DNA from: Candidatus Bathyarchaeia archaeon | GTDB lineage: Archaea > Thermoproteota > Bathyarchaeia > Bathyarchaeales > Bathycorpusculaceae | Reading direction: 5' to 3' | Length of the DNA stretch: 64,000 nt | Assembly (NCBI GenBank): GCA_050012755.1 | Contig: JBEKGO010000002.1 | Location: 96,735 to 160,734, forward strand | Shown: positions 20,545 through 30,931 of the stretch, piece by piece | Layout: each line of letters begins with the position of its first letter | Numbering within the stretch: position 1 is the stretch's first letter | The notes under the pieces: generated by a model | Told to the model about the DNA's origin: nothing | Database searches by the model: none | Seen by the model: the letters and a program-made list of their open reading frames with translations, nothing else | Made by a program: the position numbers and the translations under genes

Positions 20545-21897
20545 ATGGAAACTCGAAAAGAAACCGATCCATTAGGTGAGAGATTAATTCCCAAAGAAGC
20601 CTATTACGGAATTCAAACACTTCGGGCTATTGAAAATTTTCCAGTAAGCGGCATAAAAACGCCCTTGCCCTTCATTAAAGCCTATGCTCTTATAAAAAAG
20701 GCAGCTGCAACTGCAAACATGCAGGTGGGCTGGCTTGAGAAAAAGAAAGCAAAAGCCATAATTGAGGCTTGCGATGAAGTGTTAACTGGCAAACTCCTTG
20801 ACCAGTTCATAGTTGATGTTTTCCAAGCCGGCGCGGGCACTTCTTTTAACATGAACGTTAACGAGGTCTTAGCAAATAAGGCTCTTGGAATCTTGGGCAA
20901 ACCGAAAGGCGATTACAAAACAGTTAGCCCAAACGACCACGTGAATATGGGACAATCAACCAACGATACGTTTCCAACAGCACTTCATATTTCGGTTCTA
21001 ATGTCTCTGCAGCCTTTACTTGTTGCGCTTGACGAATTGGCAGATTCATTCAATGAGCTGGGCAAAAAAAATAATCATATCTTAAAGTCAGGCAGAACTC
21101 ACCTGCAAGACGCAGTGCCAGTTACAATTGGCCAAGAATTCACCGCGTATGGTTCAGCAATCGCCAATGCCGCAGTTGAATTACGCAATAGGCAGGAAAA
21201 CTTGTACGCCGTTGCTCTAGGAGGCACAGCAGTTGGAACAGGAGCAAACGCTCATCCCGATTACAAGAGTGTCGCTATAGCCGAGTTGGCGAAGTTGACG
21301 GGTTTCCCACTTAAGCCTGCAGCAAACAATTTTGAAGCGCTGCAAAGCCATAGGTCAGCACAGACGGTTTCAAGCGGTCTCAAAGAATTAGCCCTCGAGC
21401 TTATCAGAATAGCAAATGACCTGCGGCTTCTAGCTTCTGGTCCTACAACTGGGTTAAACGAGATTGTACTTCCGCCTGTACAGCCTGGCTCATCCATTAT
21501 GCCTGGAAAAGTGAATCCCGTGATGGCTGAATGCTTAGACATGGTAGCGTTCCAAGTGGTCGGTAACGATTTGGCGACGTCTTTGGCAGTTCAGGCAGGG
21601 CAAATGGATCTAAACGTTATGACGCCAACCATCATGTACAACATGCTCTTCTCCATCCAAATTCTGACCAATTACATTCCAGTCTTTACTAGCAAATGCG
21701 TCAAAGGCATAACCGTCAACGTGAAACAGTGCAATCGTTACTTGGAAAAGAACCCGTCGTTAGCTACTCTTCTATCGCCTTACGTCGGCTACTTGGAAGC
21801 AGCAAAAATCGCCAAACAAGCCCAGGCCGAAAACCGTTCAGTAAAAGAGATAGCGCTGGAAAAGAAGCTGCTTAAGCTTCACATACATCCTTTTTAA
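20545..21897 (+). CDS. aspA: Aspartate ammonia-lyase / class II fumarase family (AspA-like)
   Basis: DVFQAGAGTS, GRTHLQDAVP and GSSIMPGKVNP. C-terminus looks slightly clipped; fumarase cannot be excluded. Confidence 0.8.
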   Translation: METRKETDPLGERLIPKEAYYGIQTLRAIENFPVSGIKTPLPFIKAYALIKKAAATANMQVGWLEKKKAKAIIEACDEVLTGKLLDQFIVDVFQAGAGTSFNMNVNEVLANKALGILGKPKGDYKTVSPNDHVNMGQSTNDTFPTALHISVLMSLQPLLVALDELADSFNELGKKNNHILKSGRTHLQDAVPVTIGQEFTAYGSAIANAAVELRNRQENLYAVALGGTAVGTGANAHPDYKSVAIAELAKLTGFPLKPAANNFEALQSHRSAQTVSSGLKELALELIRIANDLRLLASGPTTGLNEIVLPPVQPGSSIMPGKVNPVMAECLDMVAFQVVGNDLATSLAVQAGQMDLNVMTPTIMYNMLFSIQILTNYIPVFTSKCVKGITVNVKQCNRYLEKNPSLATLLSPYVGYLEAAKIAKQAQAENRSVKEIALEKKLLKLHIHPF

Positions 21898-21976
21898 TCC
21901 ATTTTAAAAAGGTTAAAATCAACTATCCTCGTCATTCTTCTGCAAAGTTTTTAGAATCTAACAACCATAACCAAAG

Positions 21977-23323
21977 TTATCCAGCAGTACCATAGCCACT
22001 AATGGTTACCACAGCGTTTGTTGAGCTGGAACTGGATTGAGCATCAACCACGACAGCCCAAATTACATCTTGGGAAGGATACAGCTGCATCATATCATCG
22101 TCATTTAACCACACTGCGGTGCTATTGTTGAAGGTTTTGGTAACGCTGTTTGAGATTACGTTGTCAGCAAATTGTAAACGAATCCTAACTGTTATCGTTT
22201 CATTGTTAGTGAAGCTGCCTGTAACCTGAATTTTAGGTGTGAAAGTGAAGATTTTAAGCGGAAGCGTTTGAATAGTTACATTGGTGCCGTACTGGCTGTT
22301 GACACCAACCGGAACATTCTCGTTTTGTCTTTCAAAAGCACTTCCGACTCCAGAAATCCATATGCCATATGGGTTGTGAATCATAGCAGTCCAATTGCCC
22401 AAAAAGCTGACGCCGCCATCTAATATCGGAGGATATTTAGCGGTTTGTCCAATGTCAATGGCGTACATGCTGTTGGGTTGGTCTGTAAACGATTCGAAAA
22501 CCACTCCGACAAAGAGGGATTGAGTCATTGTTCCGCCGAGTAAAAGTCCAGTTTGATTATTTACCCCGTCTTGACCCATCCACATTCGTACATCTTGAAT
22601 TTGACTGTCTGAAAACTCGGCCAACGGCTCAACATTCAGGCCGATGCTGTTGTCTCTCAGGTTGAAGAAGCAACGGTCAATTTGTGAGCTTGCGTATGAA
22701 CCTGTAGCGTTGCCAATCGGAGTTCGGAGTGCTATGCCTTCTGTTGCATTGATGAAGTGGCAGTCTTCAATTTTGGTGTTTTCACTCCAAGATTTTGTGT
22801 TGGCCAACTCTATTCCGGTCGTGGTGTTTTCGAAGATCATGTTTGTTATGGTGGTTCCAAAAGAATTTTCGATTCTAATTGTTCCATTAATTATTGTTAA
22901 GCCTGAAATGACTGCATATTCTGAAGTGGTATAGTTGTCCCCGCTTAAGATTATTTTATGACCGTTTCCAACTATTGTTGCTCCGTCGCCGACAATTTTG
23001 GCATTTATTTTGTTTGAAACCAAAATGTCTTGATTTAAAATGTATGTTCCTGGATTAAGATAAACTGATTTTCCTTGAGCAAACGCTGTGTTAATGGCAG
23101 ATGAAGCGCCTGAAGAGACACTGGCTGAGTAACCCGTTAACACATTTTTCAACTGGTAATTATTGCCGTTTGGAGAAACAACAAAATCATAAGGAACAGC
23201 AGTGGCGGGACCATTTGTTCTTACAAGAATTAGGTAAGTATTGAATCCCGAAAACACAAGCAAAGCAACAAGAAGAATAACAATAACACGTTTGGAGATA
23301 ATTATCTTTGAATTAACTGTCAT
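21977..23323 (-). CDS. Membrane-anchored protein with pectin-lyase-like beta-helix
   Basis: N-terminal TM helix, AINTAF..GKSVYLNPGTY, and Asn-rich I.N..F repeats. Confidence 0.65.
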   Translation of the reverse strand: MTVNSKIIISKRVIVILLVALLVFSGFNTYLILVRTNGPATAVPYDFVVSPNGNNYQLKNVLTGYSASVSSGASSAINTAFAQGKSVYLNPGTYILNQDILVSNKINAKIVGDGATIVGNGHKIILSGDNYTTSEYAVISGLTIINGTIRIENSFGTTITNMIFENTTTGIELANTKSWSENTKIEDCHFINATEGIALRTPIGNATGSYASSQIDRCFFNLRDNSIGLNVEPLAEFSDSQIQDVRMWMGQDGVNNQTGLLLGGTMTQSLFVGVVFESFTDQPNSMYAIDIGQTAKYPPILDGGVSFLGNWTAMIHNPYGIWISGVGSAFERQNENVPVGVNSQYGTNVTIQTLPLKIFTFTPKIQVTGSFTNNETITVRIRLQFADNVISNSVTKTFNNSTAVWLNDDDMMQLYPSQDVIWAVVVDAQSSSSSTNAVVTISGYGTAG

Positions 23324-23523
23324 CTTGTAAGGCTCAGCCGGTTTTAAGGTACATGTAGAGAATCTATGTTAATTAAATTTTATCCCATTATGGCATTTTT
23401 AGAGCTGAACCTTAGGTTTCTCAAACCAAAGTTCCGTTCTGCATACTAGCAATTAATCTCAAATCATTTCGAGAAAATATGGGAAACTGGAAAATTACTT
23501 ACTGTTGTCTGAGCGCTAAATGA

Positions 23524-23820
23524 TTAGAGTTTTATTATCTGTGCGTGAGGTACGCCTTCGATTTTTATAACCGCTTCAGGATGCACAAACCCTTTCGATA
23601 TTGCTTTTTCAACGCATGCTTTGCCTACAAGATTTACTATGGTTGAATTATCAATCATGCCCATAGCTTCCTCAACCGTTGCTTTTCGTCCATTGTAAAA
23701 CTCGTCTTTAATATGAAAGACAATTTTGCCTTCTCGAAGTGTCCTGCCGAGAAGTTCACAGTCGCAAACAGCTAACAGCACGTTTCTGCCGACTTGTTTG
23801 AGGTTTATGTAAACTTCCAT
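23524..23820 (-). CDS. DUF424 family protein
   Basis: LAVCDCELLG, FYNG, IVNLVG, GVPHAQ; usual neighbour of aIF-2beta. Confidence 0.88.
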   Translation of the reverse strand: MEVYINLKQVGRNVLLAVCDCELLGRTLREGKIVFHIKDEFYNGRKATVEEAMGMIDNSTIVNLVGKACVEKAISKGFVHPEAVIKIEGVPHAQIIKL

Positions 23821-23830
23821 TTTAGCGCAC

Positions 23831-24241
23831 TCACAACTGTTTGATTGATGATTTGGCACCGCAGGCATTACAAACCAAGAAAGAGAGGCGTTTTTCCTTA
23901 ACTATTCTGGTATCAGGACGCTTACAAACGGGACAAGTAACATAGTTTTCCAAATACCGCTGCAGTAACCGTTCAAAACTGTCGCCGCGAAATTTTCCTT
24001 GAAAAATTGCTCTTGAATCCTGGAAAGTCGCTGCCGTAGCCATTTCTCTTGTCAGGAACTTCAAGATGTGTTGGGGATCTCGATCTAAAGCTTCAGCAAC
24101 TTCTTTGAAATTAGAGATTATTGTTCGCATACCAACCGTATTGATGTACAATCTTGGTAATTCTAAGCGCTCACGCTTCGTCGAAACTTCGGGCATCTGA
24201 GCACATGCTTTTTTTAGGAGTTCGTCATAATTGAAGGACAT
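23831..24241 (-). CDS. eif2b: Translation initiation factor aIF-2 beta
   Basis: YDELL, TIISNF, CPVCKRPDT...CNACGA zinc ribbon. Confidence 0.95.
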   Translation of the reverse strand: MSFNYDELLKKACAQMPEVSTKRERLELPRLYINTVGMRTIISNFKEVAEALDRDPQHILKFLTREMATAATFQDSRAIFQGKFRGDSFERLLQRYLENYVTCPVCKRPDTRIVKEKRLSFLVCNACGAKSSIKQL

Positions 24242-24400
24242 ATCTCTCATCTCAACAGAGGATTGTGTTAGGATATATTTAAAAATTATAATGAAAACAC
24301 TGATATTGAACGGTGAAAATATCATATTTTCCACAGATAACTAATATAAATTCGGAAATAGGAATCATCATAAGCTTGAACCAACATATGGAGCTATCTC

Positions 24401-25378
24401 ATGAGCAATGAACAGAAGACCGTCAGAATAGAAGACATCCACCAACAAATCGAAAAGCTAAAGGAACAGGCTAATACAGCAAACGCTCAAATAACAAAAC
24501 ATATCGAGCAAAGAGACCAGTTAAACGAATTAGTAAAGAAAACTCATCAAGAAATCAATGAGTTGAAGACAGAGCGCGACAGCTTAAACGAAAAAGTCAA
24601 GTTGCTGAAACAGCAACGAGACATTATCAGAGCCAAAGCCTCACCCATTATCGAGCAAATAAATGCCAGAAAAGAAAGAATCGCTGAATACAAAAAAAAG
24701 TTACCGCGTGAACGGCAGCAGGATCTTCAGCAAGAGTTTGAAGCAATTGAATGGAAAATACAGACGACTTCTCTTGATTTGCAAGAAGAAAAAAGGCTGA
24801 TTGAAAATGTCAAGCAGCTTGAAACTCTTCTCAGTGCTTACAAAAAAATTGATGCCCAAAACAAAAAAATCAAGGATTTAATAATTCAACGTAAAGCCAT
24901 TGAAGATGAAGCTGACGTATTTCATAATGAGCTAACTGAATTAGCCAAGAAAAGTCAAGATTTACATTCGAAAATGATTGAAAAAGTGAACGCTGCGAAA
25001 ATCAGCAGAGCTCAAGCTGACGGCTTACATCAAGCTTACATTAAAACAAAGGAAGATATTGTCCAGATGTACGTGAAAATCGCGGAATTAACTGGGCAAT
25101 TACGTGCTTTACGGACAGCCATGTATGAGGAGGAAAAACTCAGAAGAATGGCAGCGCAGCTAGCATATAGGGAAAAAGAGAAGGCGTATAAAGAAAGAGA
25201 GAACGCAGCTAAAGAACAACAACAAGTTGTGAAAGAAAAACAGCAAGCTATTAAAGAGAAACTTGGGGCTGAAGCGAAAGAAAAGCTGAAAAGGGGCGAA
25301 AAATTAAGTTGGAATGAATTCCAGCTTGCTTTGGGCGACGAGCCTGAAGAGGATCCTGAAACAAAAAATTCAAGTTAA
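24401..25378 (+). CDS. Archaeal coiled-coil protein (COG1340-like)
   Basis: Long heptad pattern, IEWKIQTTSLDLQEEK, C-terminal GEKLSWNEF. Confidence 0.8.
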   Translation: MSNEQKTVRIEDIHQQIEKLKEQANTANAQITKHIEQRDQLNELVKKTHQEINELKTERDSLNEKVKLLKQQRDIIRAKASPIIEQINARKERIAEYKKKLPRERQQDLQQEFEAIEWKIQTTSLDLQEEKRLIENVKQLETLLSAYKKIDAQNKKIKDLIIQRKAIEDEADVFHNELTELAKKSQDLHSKMIEKVNAAKISRAQADGLHQAYIKTKEDIVQMYVKIAELTGQLRALRTAMYEEEKLRRMAAQLAYREKEKAYKERENAAKEQQQVVKEKQQAIKEKLGAEAKEKLKRGEKLSWNEFQLALGDEPEEDPETKNSS

Positions 25379-25406
25379 CTTAGGTGTATTGGGAATAGAG
25401 ATGTAG

Positions 25407-26612
25407 ATGGCTAAGAGGGAAACGCAAGAACCAACGCAAAAGCGTATCCTAATTTTATGTGTTGATAGAGATGGCGATTTGGAAATTAAGGCAAGAATAA
25501 AAACGCCGCTTTTGGGAAGAACCGCAAATTTGGACGGCGCAGTTTCTTTAGCCTTAAAAGATCCAGAAGAACCTGACGCAAATGCCATGTTTGAAGCTGT
25601 TAGGCTTTATGATAGATTACAGAATGAAAAGCAGCCTGAAGAAATCTTTGAAGTTGCCACTATATCGGGGTCTGAGTTAGGCGGCGTTAGTGCTGACAGA
25701 AAACTGGTTGTTGAATTAAGCAATTTGCTTGAATCGTTTAGCGCCAATGAGGTTATTCTGGTTTCTGACGGCTACTCTGACGAGGCAATTTTACCTCTTG
25801 TAGAATCCAGAGTGCCTGTTTCTTCAGTTAGACGAATAGTAATAAAGCATAGTGAATCAATCGAAGAAACCGCAGCTCTTTTCACAAAATATCTTCGATT
25901 AATTGTGGATAACCCAAGATATGCACGTATGGCTTTGGGTTTGCCCGGTCTGTTGGTTTTCATTTTTGGTATTTTATGGGGAATCAACCTGTTTTATCCG
26001 GGCACTATATATTATTACGGAGTAGCGATAGTCATTGTTCTTGGCGGTTTCTTACTTGTCAAGGGCTTTGGCGTGGACAAATCAGCTAAAAGCCTCTACA
26101 CATGGGCAAAAGAATATTCGCCACCATCGCTGCCGATGCAAATTTCAAACTACACGATTATCGCAGGAATACTATGTGTGGCAGTAAGTGTTTATCTTGG
26201 CATAGCAAACGTCACAAACAACGATGCACCTTTCGTTCTCACACCAAGAATAGCCACTTTCTTTATCAAAGGTATCCAGGACCTTATCGTAGCAGGCATA
26301 ATAATTGTTCTTTTTGGACGAAGTGTGCGCCTATACTTTGAAAGAGACTCAAGATTGCTTCGCAATGTTGCATTGATAGTTACAGTTGCATGGTTCCGCT
26401 GGATTTTGGAAGCAACAGCAAACGTAGTTGCCAACGCATTTAACTCAACAGGACAGCCCATAATTGGCTTTAGCAACCCATACTTTTCAACCTTCATCTT
26501 TACTATAGTAGTCGGCATTCTAATCGGCATTGCTTCAGTTCTATTAATTTTCATTACCAGCAGATCAACAAAAGATTTCTTTCAAAAAACAGATAAGAAT
26601 CTCGCAAAATAG
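25407..26612 (+). CDS. DUF373 family membrane protein
   Basis: LCVDRDGD, DPEEPDAN, VSDGYSDE followed by TM helices. Confidence 0.88.
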   Translation: MAKRETQEPTQKRILILCVDRDGDLEIKARIKTPLLGRTANLDGAVSLALKDPEEPDANAMFEAVRLYDRLQNEKQPEEIFEVATISGSELGGVSADRKLVVELSNLLESFSANEVILVSDGYSDEAILPLVESRVPVSSVRRIVIKHSESIEETAALFTKYLRLIVDNPRYARMALGLPGLLVFIFGILWGINLFYPGTIYYYGVAIVIVLGGFLLVKGFGVDKSAKSLYTWAKEYSPPSLPMQISNYTIIAGILCVAVSVYLGIANVTNNDAPFVLTPRIATFFIKGIQDLIVAGIIIVLFGRSVRLYFERDSRLLRNVALIVTVAWFRWILEATANVVANAFNSTGQPIIGFSNPYFSTFIFTIVVGILIGIASVLLIFITSRSTKDFFQKTDKNLAK

Positions 26613-26716
26613 TTTTCTCCCGAAACTAGGGCAAGATTTAATTGAATCCAATAAGGTTTAAAATATAATGCATCGTTCAAAACGTCAAATACGCTTAACA
26701 TGCGAGGTCGCGCTTA

Positions 26717-27514
26717 ATGCTTAAAAAAATGCTTTCTGCCATCGGCGCCTACAAGATATACGAAAAATGGCTTTGGCAACAGGTCAAAAACGGAGTAAAA
26801 CCTGAACACATCGCCATAATACTAGATGGAAATAGGCGATGGGCAAATGAAAAAGAAACTAAACCTTTGCTTTTGAAGGATAAATGGGGTCATGCCGAGG
26901 GCGCTGACACTGTGGAACAACTTTTAGATTGGTGCCATCTGATCAACGTAAAATATGTAACGCTTTACACTTTTTCGACAGAGAATTTTGCCCGACACTC
27001 AGATGAAGTAGAAAAAATTATGCAGCTTGCTGAGGAGAGGTTTCGCAAGCTTCTAAAAGATGAACGTTTACATCGGGACAAGATTCATGTTAAAGTCATG
27101 GGCAGAGTTAACATGTTGCCTGAAAGTTTACAGAAAACCATCGCCGAGCTTGAGAAAGCAACTGCTGAATATGATTGTTACTTCTGGAACTTTGCTTTCG
27201 CATACGGCGGCAGAGCTGAAATTATAGATGCAACTAAAAAGATTGCATTGAAAGTCAAGGAAGGTGAGCTGGATGTGGATGACGTGAATGAGAGCACTTT
27301 TGAAAAGTACCTCTATACTTCACACATGGATAAGCAAGATCCTGACATGATTATAAGAACGTCAGGTGAAGAACGGTTAAGCGGATTCTTGCTTTGGCAA
27401 GCCGCCTACAGCGAACTGCTCTTTTTAGATGTGTATTGGCCTGACTTCCGCTTAATCGATCTGTATAGAGCAATTAGAACTTTCCAAAACCGTAAACGTC
27501 GGTTCGGCGCCTAA
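26717..27514 (+). CDS. uppS: cis-prenyltransferase (polyprenyl diphosphate synthase)
   Basis: HIAIILDGNRRWA, YTFSTENF, YGGRAEI, IRTSGEERLSGF. Confidence 0.95.
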   Translation: MLKKMLSAIGAYKIYEKWLWQQVKNGVKPEHIAIILDGNRRWANEKETKPLLLKDKWGHAEGADTVEQLLDWCHLINVKYVTLYTFSTENFARHSDEVEKIMQLAEERFRKLLKDERLHRDKIHVKVMGRVNMLPESLQKTIAELEKATAEYDCYFWNFAFAYGGRAEIIDATKKIALKVKEGELDVDDVNESTFEKYLYTSHMDKQDPDMIIRTSGEERLSGFLLWQAAYSELLFLDVYWPDFRLIDLYRAIRTFQNRKRRFGA

Positions 27515-27520
27515 GAAGGT

Positions 27521-28744
27521 CTAAACGCGTTTTTTGGCGCTAACTATCGAGATGACGTCTCTGTCTTTCAAGATAGCGTCTTCACCGATTCTTCTTTTGT
27601 CCCGGGCGTCCACCGCATAAATGAAGTTATCTCCAAGCTCACTATGAATTACGTAGGCGAATTGCCTTGCAGTTGTTCCTTGCGGAACCAAATAAGTGTC
27701 TGGCAACACTCTTCCATTGTGGTCAGAGAGATGCTCCAAATCTTCAACAGGATAAACCGTAATCATGTTGAGAAGCTTAAAGTAAGCCATGTTCATAGCA
27801 TTTTGGACGCCTGTTGACCCGTAGTTAACAAGCACTTTTTCATGTATTGCCTCCAGAGCTTTAATCTGTACAGTTGATAGTTTTTCTGAATGCGTTATCT
27901 TAAAGTCACTGTCGCCCGGCTTGTAATCAATTAATTGTTTTTCGGCAGCTCGCCTCAGCCCAAGTTCAGCTTCGGAAGAACAGGGAATGACCATGTAATC
28001 AAGCTCTTTCATACGCCGTAAATTTGCTTCAGCTGTCGGCAAATCAATCTTGTTTGCAACAATCAGCATTGGTTTTGACATGCACCTTAAGGTGTCAACA
28101 AACCGGTAAAAGTCGTCGTCAGACCAAGTGGTTGGTTTGTCTATGTTTAAATTGGCTTTTCGAATGGCTTCACCGACTAGCTGCCGCTTTATGCCTAAAC
28201 CTGTTAGTCGATCCTCAAGCGGCAAAGCAATGCCTTTTTTATCGGCTTCAGCGGTTCGAGCAATTTTTGACCAATCTTTCTTAAGAATTGTCACCATCCA
28301 CATTGTTATTTCCCGTTCAAGAAACTTTACGTCTTCCAGCGGGTCATGCTCACCAGGTTTGCAGCTTTTTCCTTCGCAGTCTGTTCCACCTGAAGCATCA
28401 ACCACATGGACAAGTGCATCGGCTCTGCGTATTTCGTCTAGGAATTGGTTGCCTAAGCCACGTCCTTCCCAAGCACCAGGAACAATTCCAGCAATGTCGA
28501 TCAATTCTACGGGAACAAGCCTTACGCCATCGAGGCAAAGCGAATTTTTCGGGTTATCCTTAACTTCAAATTCTTCATGAACGCAGGGCGTTCGAACATA
28601 ACCGACGCCTCTGTTTGGTTTAATGGTAGTGAATGGATAATTGGCGATTTCAGCAGCCACTAGGGTTGCTGCACTGAAAAATGTCGATTTGCCCGTATTA
28701 GGCTTTCCAACTACGCCGAGTAAACGCGAATAAGACTTTTGCAT
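27521..28744 (-). CDS. ychF: Obg/YchF-family GTPase/ATPase with TGS domain
   Basis: GKPNTGKST, NYPFTT, DIAG, GLGNQFL, ANKID. Confidence 0.92.
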   Translation of the reverse strand: MQKSYSRLLGVVGKPNTGKSTFFSAATLVAAEIANYPFTTIKPNRGVGYVRTPCVHEEFEVKDNPKNSLCLDGVRLVPVELIDIAGIVPGAWEGRGLGNQFLDEIRRADALVHVVDASGGTDCEGKSCKPGEHDPLEDVKFLEREITMWMVTILKKDWSKIARTAEADKKGIALPLEDRLTGLGIKRQLVGEAIRKANLNIDKPTTWSDDDFYRFVDTLRCMSKPMLIVANKIDLPTAEANLRRMKELDYMVIPCSSEAELGLRRAAEKQLIDYKPGDSDFKITHSEKLSTVQIKALEAIHEKVLVNYGSTGVQNAMNMAYFKLLNMITVYPVEDLEHLSDHNGRVLPDTYLVPQGTTARQFAYVIHSELGDNFIYAVDARDKRRIGEDAILKDRDVISIVSAKKRV

Positions 28745-28960
28745 TTTTGGTTCCTGCAGTATCCTTGCGGTGTATAGTGCTATATTAATTGTGCTTCTGC
28801 AATAGGAAAACAGCAATGTATAGGCTTTCAACAAGCTGAATATGTTCAGGTGATATCCTAATTTAGCATTCAGATGAACCCAGCAGCACTCGCTCGCTTC
28901 CCTAAAGCTGATACATTTTTAAGAGTGAGCGGTTGAAGTTTTTCTAAGAAGCGATTAACC

Positions 28961-29629
28961 TTGAAAATCGTAAATGGAATCTATCAGGTTGAAGGCGTGA
29001 ACTGCAATGTTTACCTTGTTGAAGACGGAGACAAACTGATTCTAATCGACACTGGTTTGCCTCGAAGCGACAAAAAAATAATAAAATATATTGAAAGTTT
29101 AAGTCATAGGCCCTCAGATGTAGCTACGACTGTTATTACACATTTCCATATTGATCACGTAGGGTCCCTCAAAAAAGTGCAGGAAGCCACAGGCTCGAAA
29201 GTTGCAGTTGGCGAATTTGACGCTGAAATTGTTGCTGGAAAGAAATCGCCGCCTAAACCTAAGAATTTAATGTTCAGGGCGTTTAGTTCTGTTATTAAAC
29301 CTGCACCCATAAAGCCTGACGCTGTTTTGAAAGAAGGCGATAGTATTGGAGGGCTCACAGTTATTCTTACCGCTGGACATAGTGAAGGAAGCATTTCATT
29401 GTTAGACACCAAAAGAAAGGTTATGTTTGTTGGGGATGCTCTCAGATTCGTGAATGGTAAACTTACTGAGTCGCCCGGACAATTTAATTTAGATTCAGCT
29501 AAAGCAAGAGAGTCTATAGGTAAAATCTCAACATTTGATTTCGACGTAATGCTTGGGGGACATGGCGACCCCTTGATGCCTGACGCTTCGCAAAAAGTGA
29601 AAGATTTCTATGCTACTCTAAAACAGTAG
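28961..29629 (+). CDS. MBL-fold metallo-hydrolase
   Basis: IDTG, THFHIDH, AGHSEG, GGHG. Confidence 0.9.
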   Translation: MKIVNGIYQVEGVNCNVYLVEDGDKLILIDTGLPRSDKKIIKYIESLSHRPSDVATTVITHFHIDHVGSLKKVQEATGSKVAVGEFDAEIVAGKKSPPKPKNLMFRAFSSVIKPAPIKPDAVLKEGDSIGGLTVILTAGHSEGSISLLDTKRKVMFVGDALRFVNGKLTESPGQFNLDSAKARESIGKISTFDFDVMLGGHGDPLMPDASQKVKDFYATLKQ

Positions 29630-29753
29630 AGCTCATGTCAGGTTTGTTTTCTGTTTTGCCGTTAGCACAGTAACCATTGTTTTTGCCCCTTAATGCTGAG
29701 AAGATAACTGCAGTGAAACAGAGCACCGCTACGATTGTAAAGGCTTCACTTGC

Positions 29754-30557
29754 TCATTGGATGTTCTTTGCTTTTGGGCCCTTCAATTCCAACAGAGTTT
29801 CCAAAGTTTTATGGCATTTACTGCATTGTAACATGGAATTTCCACAGGCGGAACAGAACAACTCCCCTTTCTGAAGACGCTCCAAAAGCTCCAGCAAATC
29901 TGCTTTATTCTCCAAATCCCGAGCTGTCTCCTCTTTTGCTATTGGCGCCTCCATCACATCTGTTTTTGGCTGCTCACCCGAAACAATCTCGCTGTAAACG
30001 TGAGTTATGCTGGTTTTGCCATCTCGAAGTTTCTGCTTGTCATCTTCGCTTGCTTTTTCCAGTATTTTTTTGCCTCGCTCAAAAGTGCGTGTTGAAACAC
30101 CGGCTTTTTTGGCGACTACTTCGGTTGCTTTTGCCTTAAATTCGGGCTCAGCGTCTTCTGGCGCTAATCCTAACTGTAGGTTTCGTCCATTCTTTCCGCC
30201 CTTAGACTGCCGTTGCTTTGCCAGGGCCTTCTCGATCTCAAGCAGCGGTACGGCCAACTCTACAAGCTGAAAATTGTTCAGGTGACGACGTCTAAGGTTA
30301 GTTTCTATTACAAATTTTTTCTCTAAGAGTTTATCGTCAAACTTTCGGACTTCAAAATCCGGTTCAATACCCAGTTCAGTACATGCACGGTACCTATGAT
30401 GCCCATCTAAAACTTCCATGTCCTCGTTCACTATTATGGCATAATGCTGTCCTTCCGCTTGTATGGATGCTTTTAGCTCGGCGAATTCTTCTTCAGACAT
30501 TTTAGGCAGCAATTTTTCGTATTCTGGGTTAATGCGTAGGCTCATGGCAGTCGCCAT
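29754..30557 (-). CDS. ParB/Srx N-terminal domain protein with HTH and C-terminal Cys4 motif
   Basis: VLDGHHRYRAC, ETNLRRRHL, VAKKAGVSTRTF HTH, CSAC-x6-CSKC. Confidence 0.85.
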   Translation of the reverse strand: MATAMSLRINPEYEKLLPKMSEEEFAELKASIQAEGQHYAIIVNEDMEVLDGHHRYRACTELGIEPDFEVRKFDDKLLEKKFVIETNLRRRHLNNFQLVELAVPLLEIEKALAKQRQSKGGKNGRNLQLGLAPEDAEPEFKAKATEVVAKKAGVSTRTFERGKKILEKASEDDKQKLRDGKTSITHVYSEIVSGEQPKTDVMEAPIAKEETARDLENKADLLELLERLQKGELFCSACGNSMLQCSKCHKTLETLLELKGPKAKNIQ

Positions 30558-30831
30558 TTGTGGATTTACCTTTTGGCTGATTTATTATTTAAGTTAAAGG
30601 GTAAAGCCTGCCACAGGTGAGAGAGTCGACTTTTTAGCTGAAAGATTACTTGGAAAAGAGAAGAGGAAATCAATTTAGCCATGTAATTAGCCAGCAAATT
30701 GGGAGACAAGCGCTCAGAAAACAAGTGAGTTAAGGCTAAGAGACTATAATGTTGGCTCCACGAAGCAATAACATACTCTTTTATTTTTTGTTGAGATTTG
30801 TGTATATGCGCAGTGACGACCTAAGCAGTTC

Positions 30832-30931
30832 GTTTGGCGAATCAATAGTTAACAAAAATGTGACCTTCTCTCTCCTCGATTCTCCTAGATTTTTTAGATG
30901 TCGCATGGTTAACTGGACTGATTCGCCGAAC
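30832..30931 (+). ncRNA. Candidate structured RNA / long imperfect inverted repeat
   Basis: Three nested stems: GTTTGGCGAATCA/TGATTCGCCGAAC, AGTTAAC/GTTAACT and ATGTGAC/GTCGCAT. The non-Watson-Crick positions within the stems are G.U on the + strand. Confidence 0.45.

Noticed and set aside
28850-28911. C/D box sRNA candidate (GTGATA...CTGA)
   Set aside because: Box C is non-canonical, D'/C' spacing is poor and no target was identified.
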